This document shows positions 52,996-64,000 of a stretch of DNA of 64,000 nt, in pieces. Each line of letters starts with the position of its first letter. Within the stretch, counting starts at the first letter, position 1. Origin of the DNA: Haliotis cracherodii (lineage: Eukaryota); contig NW_027266275.1 of assembly GCF_022045235.1 (NCBI RefSeq), positions 73,036,001 through 73,100,000 on the forward strand, read 5' to 3'. The translations under genes were made by a program, and so were the position numbers. The notes under the pieces were generated by a model that made no database searches, was not told where the DNA came from, and saw only the letters and a list, made by a program, of their open reading frames with translations.

Positions 52996-54942
52996 CCCTC
53001 GGTTTATGCTTGAGAACTTTTCACATGTCAATTCTTTTACTTCTGAAATGATTACCATTGATGTTCTCCGATAGCTGTACCCTACCTATGTCGTAGTATG
53101 CAGCGCCTCTCAGAAACTGTTTAAATAAGATCTACTAAATCAACGCCGATGCTCCATTTCCGCATTTAGTAATACATGATTATTGTCGAAGACGTTTAAA
53201 TTAATATAAATCTATAATATTGTAGAACTGTATTTTACAACGATACGTAGAGAATTTAACCGCCAAAGCCGTGTTGTTGGGTTCCACGTAATATTTAATA
53301 AAAATGTATATGTTAAAAGTATGTTATAAAAGGAGACGTGACTTCTCAGATGCTCACAACTTATTCAAGCTTTCATCGCTGTGGCTTATCTCTATTCATC
53401 CCGTAAAAAACAAGACTGTAGTTATTTTCTCTGTAGTATTTAGGAGCCACGTGTAATTTGTCCGTGAATCTAGTCTACGCATCACCCGGCGCCGACTGGC
53501 CCACGGCGCTGTTTATAGATACACGCAGGCATTGTTTTCTCTTACCGTGCCCAATATAAGTGTAGTGGAGGGCTGTGGCTCGGAGTCGTAATGCGCTTCA
53601 GGAAGTAACGCGACTCTATCCCCAACAACCGAAACTATTACACAACAGACGCAGACTGAGTGATATTTATACACTAGTATTTAGTATGTGACGTTGATTG
53701 TGTTGCACGCCCTCATGTTGTATTGTATTTCCAACATATCCCGAGTATGTTTCTGCGGCATGTTGTTCAGATTCCGGTGGTTATACTTGCAATGTCGGTA
53801 ATCGATATGATAAATGTCTGCATATTATGGAAACCGGTTTGAGAATGCTCTTTGATGTATGGACACGGGTTGTACAGAGTTTGGAAGTTCGTGTTTTAGT
53901 GATAGTCTGGGGAATTACGTTGTATCAAAGATTTTCTCGCAGAAAGTTCCAATGAGCCGATTTTAAATGTCTTTCTTCATTTTGGTAGTACATTTGTTAA
54001 GCATAAGAGTACTGAATGATGTCAAGGGTCAGACATGTAGTGCATTGGTACTTGTCACGACCCTGTCACTAGTGACTGTCCCCGATTGCCTCCAACCCCT
54101 TATTATAGATTACCAGCCCCCATTTTGCATTAAACTACACGGGGACCCTTGTCGCCCACAGCACGACAGAAGGGTGCACAGGCGGCGGCATATGACGCCC
54201 TGTAGTACTGGTTTAAACCGCGGGGTCCGACCTCTAAGGCACATGCACAACATATACTCACGTAAGTAATTTTTACCACGTGCAACTGTACATACGGCTG
54301 TATATGGTATAATTTATATGTATAGTGTATTATGCGTTCACAAGAAAATTAGGTGTGTTAATAAGGTATTTTAATAGTGTAAAGAACACATATTCATCAG
54401 TCCGTCGACTTACAACATGAAAAGGTTGTTTTCCAATGAAAGTCGAATGAGAAGAGATTTACCTTACAGAAATCTTCGCATGAAACTACATGTGGTTGAT
54501 TTCATCTATACACACTTGTTTGACTCCTTGAAACCAAAAGAAAACACCGCCCGCCCTGCTCCGAATGTCGTTTTGATGTATACTGAATAGCGTCAACTTC
54601 AGAATACAGAACTGTTGACAATTTTGTTTGGTATTTGCAAACAGTTATATAAGTAATACAATCCTTTTAACGTTCACATTACAACGTGTACATACAGTGC
54701 AAATTTGCATCTGCTACAGACATGATGCAAATTTGCTCCTGGTGTAAAAATACACACCTGAGTAAACGCGTTCACATGACAGGTATTCTCGCGTATGTAT
54801 ATTTACACACGTATGGAAATATACACACATGTAAAGAGGTGTATATGAACGGGGTATTAAGTCTCATAACAAGGATCCGCGGGGTTTGGGTTCGAATCCA
54901 GGGTCACAACAGTTTCTCCGCATTAGGTATGCGCTAGTGCTG

Positions 54943-55116
54943 CAGTAAACTTCGTTTATAACGAACACGCTTATAACGAACTTCCGGATATAACGAACTG
55001 TTTCTTGGTCCCGTCCATTTTGTGGATAGATGTTGTACATATGTTTATAACGAACTACGGTTGTAACGAATTAAAAGTAGTGGTCCCATTGAAGTCGTTA
55101 TAACCGTAGTTTACTG
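54943..55116 (+). mobile_element. Tc1/mariner (pogo/Tigger-like) MITE in the putative noggin intron
   Basis: TIR CAGTAAAC / GTTTACTG, TA at the right end, internal TATAACGAA repeats. Confidence 0.85.
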
Positions 55117-55328
55117 TAATGGTTTCAAAGGGTAGTGTTAAACGCGCGACTCAAACATTCTATATTTTTACATGGACCACAAATATACACGTGAAATATG
55201 AACTGTTGAGCGAATCATTCTTTAAGTTATCCTTTTTATGTTATATAACCAACCACGGTTCATCGTGTTCATAATACGTACCACCTGTAGTTATGATAGT
55301 AACCGTGTACGACTCTTGTTTCAGATAG

Positions 55329-55497
55329 AGGGCGGTTGGGTAGTCTAGTAGTTAAAGCGTTCGCTCGTCGCGCCGAACACCCGGGTTCGATACCCACATG
55401 TGTACAATGGGTGAAGCCCATTTCTGGTGTCCTCCGCTGTGATATTAATGGAATATTGCTATAAGCGGCGTAAAACCATACTCATTCACTCACTCAC
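55329..55497 (+). mobile_element. tRNA-derived SINE family A at the putative noggin splice acceptor
   Basis: A/B-box head (TAGTCTAGTAG...GGTTCGATACCC), (CACT)n tail, perfect 12-bp TSD TGTTTCAGATAG at 55317-55328 and 55498-55509. Confidence 0.93.
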
Positions 55498-55522
55498 TGT
55501 TTCAGATAGCAAGACGCGAAGG

Positions 55523-56248
55523 ATGATGTCTCCCCCTCCAAGCTTGCTGGTACTGATGCTTTTCTGGCTGCTTCCCCACACGCGAGGAACGCAGGTCTAC
55601 TTTAAGCTTCTGAAGGCGGAGGACCCCCAGACTGACAATTCCCTGTACCCCCGGGACGGCACCCGACCTCTCCCCTCCGACCGCCTGCCTATTGAAGGCA
55701 TTGTGGAGACGCGAGACAAATACTACGATCCCCGCCCCGAGGAGGTTAACAGGAAGAAACTGATGGCGCTTCTAGGCAGTGACTACGATAGAGAGTTTAT
55801 GTCCGTTAAATCACCACGAAGGAAGAACGGGACTCTAGAGTATAAGTTTCATAAAGGACGCCCCGTTGGAAAGAAACCAGGATTCCTAAGGTTAATTCAG
55901 ACGATGCAGTTGCAAGATGGGCCAACGTTAAAGTTGAAAGTGAGTAAGAAGGATAGAAGGAAGTTCCAGAAGTTTTTATGGAGTTACTCTTATTGCCCCG
56001 TGAAGTACGTGTGGAGGGACCTTGGGGGGAGGTTCTGGCCCCGCTGGATCAGGGACGGTCTGTGCTCCACCCAGAGGTCGTGCTCCCTCCCCCCGGGGAT
56101 GGTGTGTAAACCCAGCAAATCCACCACCAAAACAATTCTCAGGTGGCACTGCCGGAAGTGGCAAAGGCGCGATGCATGCCGGTGGATTAAGATCCGCTAT
56201 CCTGTAATTACAGCTTGTGCGTGTTCCTGTCAGACGGAGGGAGAATGA
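55523..56248 (+). CDS. nog: Noggin (secreted BMP antagonist), 241 aa, single coding exon
   Basis: Signal peptide MMSPPPSLLVLMLFWLLPHTRG; clip motif RPLPSDRLP..I.E..D..YDP; LLGSDYD..FMS; basic heparin-binding region; cystine-knot motifs CPVKYVWRDLGGRFWPRWI, SCSLPPGMVCKP, ILRWHC, C.WI...YPVITAC.CSC (nine Cys). Confidence 0.97.
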   Translation: MMSPPPSLLVLMLFWLLPHTRGTQVYFKLLKAEDPQTDNSLYPRDGTRPLPSDRLPIEGIVETRDKYYDPRPEEVNRKKLMALLGSDYDREFMSVKSPRRKNGTLEYKFHKGRPVGKKPGFLRLIQTMQLQDGPTLKLKVSKKDRRKFQKFLWSYSYCPVKYVWRDLGGRFWPRWIRDGLCSTQRSCSLPPGMVCKPSKSTTKTILRWHCRKWQRRDACRWIKIRYPVITACACSCQTEGE

Positions 56249-57009
56249 GGAGCTAGTCAGGAGTGTTTGTGCAGTAAACCCAGAGTGCTACTTCGTGACG
56301 CAGTGCCTGCGTCACCGTGACGCCGGTGTAAATCGTTGAGGTAGTTGACAGCTCGCACGGATCCGAACCAGACCGGGGCGAGATTGAGCTGACACTTCTT
56401 GCTAGTGCTATGTGTAAGAGTTGACGGGTTTGTTAGGCCCCACCCTCCCCACCCCTGTGTAGCGCCTCGCCCGAGTCCTGGACAACCGTGTACAACTGCG
56501 GAGATAGTGAGAGTGGATTTCTGTGCCCACAGAATAAGGGCTAGTCACTCCGGTGATCGAGATCACTGCCGTGGCGGGACAAATGCTAATGACATTTCTC
56601 ACAAAGGTAGACAATTACTGTGAATGAAGAATCAAAGTGGCTTCCCACCAGTGTTGACGACAGAGTGTCTAGCCTACTAAATTGACTGTAATCGGCCGAC
56701 TAGCCCATTGTATGTGTGTACGGGCTTGATACATGATAGGGGGACTTGAGCGCCCATGCTCTGACCGACGGGCCGTGACGATCGGGGCGGGGTTTACTGT
56801 AAAGCTTGACGCAGTAAGCCGACTGCTCATGTAAACAACCTTGTGATTGGTCCGTGTTGTGCGCACTTGCGAGTTGACATGTTGAGTGACAGATGTATGG
56901 AGGGATATCTCAAGTTGTTGAAGCGCTCGTACAATCTGACGATTTAGGATTTGTTTTGCTCAGAAAGATAGTACGAGGTCAGCTGCAAATGGAAATGATG
57001 TCCAGGTCA

Positions 57010-57150
57010 CATTTTGTTATTTATATTTATAGATTCATTGTTATGAACGAACACTTCGTTAATCTTTAATGGATATCAATCTGTACATATGTTATTTGTA
57101 AATTTGACATGTGTATAATATCAATGTGATTAAATTATTGATTAAACATG
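57010..57150 (+). terminator. Candidate 3' end region of the noggin mRNA
   Basis: AU-rich ATTTA motifs at about 57019-57030 and two ATTAAA variant poly(A) signals at about 57129 and 57141. Confidence 0.35.
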
Positions 57151-57224
57151 CACTGAGATACGCTTTTGAAATTATATGGTATAGACTGCTTGTCGGGACG
57201 GATTCTACGCTAATGTCGAGTAAA

Positions 57225-57380
57225 CTATGCCTTTTGAAGGGCGACTTAATGGATCCATGGTCATACTCGGTGACTCGCTTGATTGCGTGTCAGCGTTCCC
57301 CATCGGCGCGCCACGTTGCTCATGATATCAACCACTGGTTTGTCTGGTCCAGTCTCGATTTACAGGCTTTATTTACAGGA
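57225..57380 (+). mobile_element. Old SINE family C fragment
   Basis: gggcgacttaatggatc...gttgctcatgatatcaaccactggtttgtctggtccagtctcgatttacag. Confidence 0.65.
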
Positions 57381-57612
57381 TAAACAACACACAAGATTGT
57401 TACCTACTATGAAGACATGCTTCTCGGACACCCCTCCTTTTGGGTTATGTATCACTGGTATACAACATACACCGTTTCATTGTCCTCTTCGGCAGCTCGC
57501 CGATACATGACAGATCAAGGTGAACAAGCCTTCACAAGTTACAGCATTAGACAGAACACGAGTTCACGTTATAGTTATGTTTGGTTAAGTCTAAAGGCCA
57601 CAGACCTAAGTA

Positions 57613-57788
57613 CAGTAAACTATGTTTATAACGAACACGCTTATAACGAACTGACGAATATAACGAACCTTTTTTTCGACCCGACCATTTGCTGTATATA
57701 TGCGGTATATATATGCTTATAACGAAATACGGTTATAACGAACTATAATGAGTGGTCCCTTTGAGTTCGTTATAATCATAGTTTGTTA
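57613..57788 (+). mobile_element. Same Tc1/mariner-type MITE downstream of noggin
   Basis: TA|CAGTAAAC start, TATAACGAA repeats, degenerate right TIR; colinear with 54943-55116. Confidence 0.85.
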
Positions 57789-58229
57789 TAAGCATACATG
57801 TATATATGTACTTATATTATATTCAAAGTGGTGATACAATAACACAAAGTAATAAGTGCATTTAAAGTACAATTAGCATTATAATAATGAAACGTAAAGA
57901 TAGGGTATCTTAAAATTTAACATTTATATGACAAAACAAATGTTACAGCCAATGTCTTCAGTCAATTTGTGGACCTACTGCTACCAGTAGAATCAGTCAG
58001 TCTGTCGTATATATCAATGAACATTTCAGGCATTTTCTGTGTCTAAATGATATTTTTGGCATTTAATCGGCACTGAATTTAAATCAATCATTGGCAATAA
58101 CACACTGTTCATACACAATGATAGGAAATGCACAGACGCACGGAAACTAGTGTATGAAGCGCCCGTAAAATATGTACACCTATACCCTTGACTTGCATCC
58201 GATCTGTCGACGCTCTTTCTGGAGATGTA

Positions 58230-58410
58230 ACCGCCTTCGTGGTCTAGTGGATAGAGCGCCTGTCAGAGAACGGAAGGTTCGGGGTTCGATCCCCTGATCA
58301 CATCATACCAAGAGACGTATAAGATGGTACTTGTTGTTACCCCTCCTGGCGCTCGGTATTAAGGGGGCAACACAAGGACAACCACAAACAGACACATACA
58401 CATGCATATG
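58230..58410 (+). mobile_element. V-SINE (family B), internally deleted
   Basis: Head ccgccttcgtggtctagtgg...ggttcgatcccc...gatggtacttgttgttacc; core missing. Confidence 0.8.
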
Positions 58411-58544
58411 AGTTTAATCCCGTCTCCCTATGGCCGTGAAGACATATGTGTCCGCGTTGTTACTAACAATATGGCATAAAATACATATTATATACTTGGA
58501 AGTGCCGGACTAGGACTACCGAGCCACACACATGGTGACGTAGT

Positions 58545-60530
58545 GTAGTGATGCTGACACCGAGTCCATTGTAACGCCGAACACCACGCTGACACCCGAC
58601 TCCATTGTAACGCCGAACACCACGCTGACACCCGACTCCATTGTAACACCGAACACCACGCTGCCACCCGACTCCATTGTAACACCGAACACCACGCTGC
58701 CACCCGACTCCACTGTAACACCGAACACCACGCTCCCACCCGACTCCATTGTAACACCGAACACCACGCTGCCACCGGCTCCACTGTAACACTGAACACC
58801 ACGCTGACACCCGGCTCCACTGTAACACTGAACACCACGCTGCCACCCGACTCCATTGTAACACCGAACACCACGCTGCCACCGGCTCCACTGTAACACC
58901 GAACACCACGCTGCCACCCGACTCCACTGTAACACTGAACACCACGCTGACACCCGACTCCATTGTAACACTGAACAGCATGCTGACACCCGACTCCACT
59001 GTAACACTGAACACCACGCTGACACCCGACTCCATTGTAACACCGAACACCACGCTGACACCCGACTCCACTGTAACACTGAACACCACGCTGACACCCG
59101 ACTCCATTGTAACACTGAACACCACGCTGACACCCGACTCCACTGTAACACTGAACACCACGCTGACACCCGACTCCATTGTAACACCGAACACCACGCT
59201 GACACCCGACTCCACTGTAACACTGAACACCACGCTGACACCCGACTCCATTGTAACACCGAACACCACGCTGACACCCGACTCTATTGTAACATCGAAC
59301 ACCACGCTGCCACCCGACTCCACTATAACACTGAACACCACGCTGACACCCGACTCCATTGTAACACTGAACAGCATGCTGCCACCCGACTCCACTGTAA
59401 CATCGAACACCACGCTGACACCCGACTCCACTGTAACACTGAACACCACGCTGACACCGGCTCCATTGTAACACCGAACACCACGCTGCCACCCGACTCC
59501 ACTGTAACACTGAACACCACGCTGACACCCGACTCCATTGTAACACCGAACACCACGCTGACACCGGCTCCACTGTAACACTGAACACCACGCTGACACC
59601 CGACTCCATTGTAACACTGAACACCACGCTGACACCGGCTCCACTATAACACTGAACACCACGCTGACACCGGCTCCACTGTAACACTGAACACCACGCT
59701 GACACCCGACTCCATTGTAACACTGAACACCACGCTGCCACCCGACTCCATTGTAACGCCGAACACCACGCTGACACCCGACTCCACTGTAACACTGAAC
59801 ACCACGCTGACACCCGACTCCATTGTAACACCGAACACCACGCTGCCACCCGACTCTATTGTAACATCGAACACCACGCTGCCACCCGACTCCACTGTAA
59901 CACTGAACACCACGCTGACACCCGACTCCATTGTAACACCGAACACCACGCTGACACCCGACTCCACTGTAACACTGAACACCACGCTGACACCCGACTC
60001 CATTGTAACACCGAACACCACGCTGACACCCGACTCCACTGTAACACCGAACACCACGCTGCCACCGGCTCCATTGTAACACCGAACACCATGCCGACAC
60101 CCGACTCCATTGTAACACCGAACACCACGCTGACACCCGACTCCACTGTAACACTGAACACCACGCTGCCACCGGTTCCACTGTAACACCGAACACCACG
60201 CTGACACCCGACTCCATTGTAACACCGAACACCACGCTGACACCGACTCCACTGTAACACTGAACACCACGCTGACACCCGACTCCATTGTAACACCGAA
60301 CACCATGCCGACACTCGGCTCCATTGAACATCGAACACCATGTTCCATTTTAACACTCGGCTCCATTTTAACATTGAACACCATGACACCGGCTCAATTG
60401 TAGCATCGAACACCATGGCACCCGGCTCCATTTTAACACCAAACACCATGCTAACACCGGCTCCATTGTAACACCGAACACCATGCTAACACCGGCTCCA
60501 TTGTAACACCGAACAGCATGCTGACACCAC
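58545..60530. repeat. Minisatellite, 35/36-bp unit (caccacgctgacacccgactccattgtaacaccgaa)
   Basis: About 55 units, decaying at the 3' end. Confidence 0.96.
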
Positions 60531-60758
60531 TAGACTATCCCACCGGCCCCCGAAGTTTGGTGAGCCAACTAAGAGTGGAAACCAGTTTACATACAGCCAG
60601 AGGTTCCACAAAGTCCCCATACGGTAGTGAGTGTCATACAGTACATTACATTACAGGAGGATTATGCTCCACGACCCATCCCCAGTAGTCAGTGCCATGT
60701 GGCCATGTCTTTGCGTGATCGGTAACATCATACACATTAAGTTCGCAGACAAATTCAT

Positions 60759-60912
60759 TTTGTTTGTTTGTTTGTAGTTTAACACCGCACTCAGCAATAT
60801 TCCAGCTACATGACGGCGGTCGGTAAATAATCGAACCTGGACCAGGCAATCCAGTGATTGACGTCATGACCATCGATCCACACAATTAGGATACGATGAC
60901 ATGCATCAACCG
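60759..60912 (-). mobile_element. SINE family C, 5'-truncated
   Basis: Matches 35694-35845; (TTTG)n tail. Confidence 0.85.
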
Positions 60913-61419
60913 AGGAATCTCCACCTCTCACCCTCCCGGGGTTGTATCTGTAGGCCCGAGGGTGAGAAATAGACAAAGCATGTCACAACGGGGGCTCCTT
61001 GACTGCGTGGCTGCCCATGCATGTGGTCGGGGGATGGAGGTACCGGGTGGTACATGCCACCCATCTTTGCGTTGGATTAGCGTAATCTGCGGGTATTTTG
61101 TGAAGTGTTCAGCTTTTTCCCGTTATCTACAGCGTTATTACCAGGTCCATTTTCTAAACTACTTCCACTACTAAACTTAATCCTGACACTTGGTACATTT
61201 GTCCAGATGTTGGTGAGTATATATGGTGATGATGTGTGTGCTGCTTGGGTCGAAACAAAGTGCATAGCGTGGGGACAGTGGCACCATTCGTCACCACTCG
61301 TGTCATTCCGGGACTAATTGGCGAATAGTGCCGATCTACCCGTTCATATACCTTTACATCTAATGTGTTACATCTATGCAGGTGTATGAAGTAATATGAT
61401 ATAGGATGTGTGTTTGATA

Positions 61420-62465
61420 GGTGAGGATGGTGGGGGTAGTGGGTGGGGGGTAGATAGGCGAGGATGGTGGGGGTAGTGGCTTGTGCGGCTGATGGGTGGG
61501 GGTAGATGTGTGAGGATGGTGGGGGTAGTGGGTGGGGGTAGATGGGTGAGGATGGTGGGGGTGATGGGTTGGGGGTAGATGGGTGAGGATGGTGGGGGTA
61601 CTGGGTGGGGGGTAGATGGGTGAGGATGGTGGGGGTAGTGGGTGGGGGTAGATGTGTGAGGATGGTGGGGGTAGTGGGTGGGGGTAGATGGGTGAGGATG
61701 GTGGGGGTAGTGGGTGGGGGTAGATGGGTGAGGATGGTGGGGGTGATGGGTTGGGGGTAGATGGGTGAGGATGGTGGGGGTGATGGGTGGGGGGTAGATT
61801 GGTGAGGATGGTGGGGTTGATGGGTGAGGATGGTGGGGTTGATGGGTGGAGGGTAGATGGGTGAGGATGGTGGGGATGATGGGTGGGTGGGGTAGATGGG
61901 TGAAGATGGTGGGGGTGATGGGGGGGGGGGGTAGATGGGTGAGGATGGTGGGGTTGATGGGGGGGGGGGGGTAGATGGGTGAGGATGGTGGGGTTGAGGG
62001 TAGATGGGTGAGGATGGTGGGGGTGATAGGGGGGGATAGATGGGTGAGGATGGTGGGGTTGAGGGTAGATGGGTGAGGATGGTGGGGGTGATAGGGGGGG
62101 ATAGATGGGTGAGGATGGTGGGGGTGATAGGGGGGGATAGATGGGTGAGGATGGTGGGGGTGATGGGGGGGTAGATGGGTGAGGATGGTGGGGTTGAGGG
62201 TAGATGGGTGAGGATGGTGGGGGTGATAGGGGGGATAGATAGGTGAGGATGGTGGGGGTGATAGGGGGGGATAGATAGGTGAGGATGGTGGGGGTGATGG
62301 GTGGGGGGTAGATGGGTGAGGATGGTGGGGGTGATGGGGGGGTAGATGGGTGAGGATGGTGGGGATGATGGGTGGAGGGTAGATGGGTGAGGATGGTGGG
62401 GATGATGGGTGGGGTGATGGGTGGGGGGTAGATGGGTGAGGATGGTGGGGGTAGTGGGTGGAGGA
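61420..62465. repeat. G-rich minisatellite (gtagatgggtgaggatggtgggggtgatgggtgggg), G-quadruplex-prone
   Basis: Dense G3-G5 runs with short loops; almost no C on the + strand. Confidence 0.93.
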
Positions 62466-62829
62466 AACCATTGCCCGGGTAGGCAGGTGTGCTCGTGAGT
62501 GAGTAATGGGGCGGTGGTTGAGTAAAGGCAGGGAGCATGAGAGAGTTGGTCCATGATGAGTAGGATGAGTGTATGGGTGAGCGACTGGGTGGTGAGTGAG
62601 TCAGTACGCGGCTGGGGTGTTTGGCTGTAGTCCCCATGACCTACAATGTGTGACAGAGCCTGGACCGACTATACCTCTTAGTGTACACTACATAGTGATC
62701 TCACACTACAGCATATTATTGCCACTGTATCTGACCGCAAATCCACCTTTCAGCGCCTGTAAGAATCTCATGGCAGGGGACAGTCGTCTCATGCACCCCT
62801 CTTCGATGTGTAGAGATGTGTCCCTTACT

Positions 62830-62980
62830 ACCGTGAGTTCGAATCCCGGTTCGACCTCATGTTTCTAGGGTTTTCAGCACAATATCCGTCTTCTTTGGTT
62901 ACGTCTGAGAACTACATCACTTTGGGCTTTCCTCTCACAAGTTGAAAAGCCGTGATTTAACTGAATGAATGAATGAATGA
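62830..62980 (+). mobile_element. Old tRNA-derived SINE (family D)
   Basis: B box GAGTTCGAATCCC, (TGAA)n tail, similarity to 27066-27290. Confidence 0.55.
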
Positions 62981-63481
62981 TAGAGGATAGAGACTGATAC
63001 ATGGCTCAGGTGTGGTGTAATATATCTACATAATGAAGAAGAAATATTGTAGAGGTTGTTTTTTTAGACGCCGCGAGGTGAACTCCGGCGACAGGCACGA
63101 TATCGGATCTACATCTCCCCATCCATTCATCACCGGCGACAGTGACGGCATATCTCGCAGCGGCTGTCTGTATCGGGGTGCCGGGGTACACGGGGTGAGG
63201 AGCAGCAAGATGGCGGGAACGGATGGGAGGCGTCCATTGTTTTCCTATCGCTACATGTGTATTCTGAACACGCCAGTGGGAATACAACTCAATGGGAAAA
63301 CGTAGATGTTGATATCAGTTCATAATAGTTAAGTTTCAATCTACAAATAGCACCCAACATTCGTCCATGTATATATATATATCTACAACACATTAAATGG
63401 GTGCAGAACGGGGTGGGTGGGTTAAAGTGTGCATTTTGATCTGCGGGTGGAAACGAGTGGCCGAAGGGGTGGGGTTAAGTA

Positions 63482-63724
63482 GAGTGAGTGAGTGAGTGAG
63501 TGAGTGGGTGTGTGGGTGAGTGGGTGAGTGAGTGAGTTAAGTGAGTGAGTGAGTGAGTGAGTGAGTATGGTTTTACGCCGCTTTTAGCAATATTCCAGCA
63601 ATACCACAGCGGATGGGGGATTGAAGTGCGGGGTGCACCAGAAATGGGCTTCACACATTGTACCCATGTTCCATGTGGGGCACTGAACCGGGCCCTCGGC
63701 GTGACGAGCGAACGCTTTAACCAC
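63482..63724 (-). mobile_element. SINE family A with expanded (GAGT)n tail
   Basis: About 85-bp GAGT microsatellite followed by the family A body. Confidence 0.88.
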
Positions 63725-63774
63725 GTTGAGAGGTGGGGACGGAGGTAGGAGGTAATCCCGGGGGTCGGGTGGAA

Positions 63775-64000
63775 CAGTGTTTATATCAACTGTTAGTGTT
63801 GAATGTGTATAATAGGTCGGTGTTGAATATGTAAAATAGGTCAGTGTTGAATGTGTATAATAGGTCGGTGTTAAATATGTACTAAAGGTCAGTGTTAAAT
63901 GTGTACTATAGGTCGGTGTTGAATGTGTACTGTAGGTCGGTGTTGAATGTGTACTATAGGTCAGTGTTAAATGTGTACTATAGGTCGGTGTTGAATGTGT
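63775..64000. repeat. Minisatellite, 24-bp unit (taggtcggtgttgaatgtgtacta), runs off the window
   Basis: Direct inspection. Confidence 0.9.

Noticed and set aside
53485-53505. BMP-responsive Smad element (GGCGCC) in the putative noggin intron
   Set aside because: Lacks the GTCT/AGAC partner at 5-bp spacing; a lone hexamer is not enough.
55427-55522. ORF-track N-terminus of noggin (273 aa from a GTG)
   Set aside because: These codons are mostly SINE and TSD sequence; the signal peptide begins at ATG 55523.
58463-62637. Long repetitive ORFs (622, 466, 453, 425 aa)
   Set aside because: Minisatellite translations with frequent frame-shifting unit-length variants.

Overview
Eukaryotic animal DNA, not prokaryotic. 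The SINE families (V-SINE/RUDI-like, Meta/MESC-core) point to a mollusc, possibly a gastropod such as abalone; that assignment is inference. Two protein-coding genes are supported. (1) A five-exon minus-strand gene (6332->2397), reconstructed by hand from splice signals, encodes a ~183-aa protein with a signal peptide, a six-cysteine saposin-type fold starting with a CxxC motif, and a C-terminal REDL ER-retrieval signal. (2) A canonical noggin has a single coding exon (55523-56248, +) and a likely short non-coding first exon near 52966-52987. The ~49 kb between them lacks a recognisable intact gene. It holds many minisatellite arrays, at least four SINE families, MITEs, decayed mariner and Penelope-like fragments, a 1704-bp tandem duplication, and unique islands rich in homeodomain and CTCF-like motifs. 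The most striking observation is a SINE inserted at the putative noggin splice acceptor: its 12-bp target-site duplication copies the acceptor, giving two competing 3' splice sites, a uORF and an in-frame upstream ATG. Nearly all long ORFs in the supplied track are artefacts of stop-free tandem repeats. Repeat boundaries are approximate (about +/-10-20 bp).
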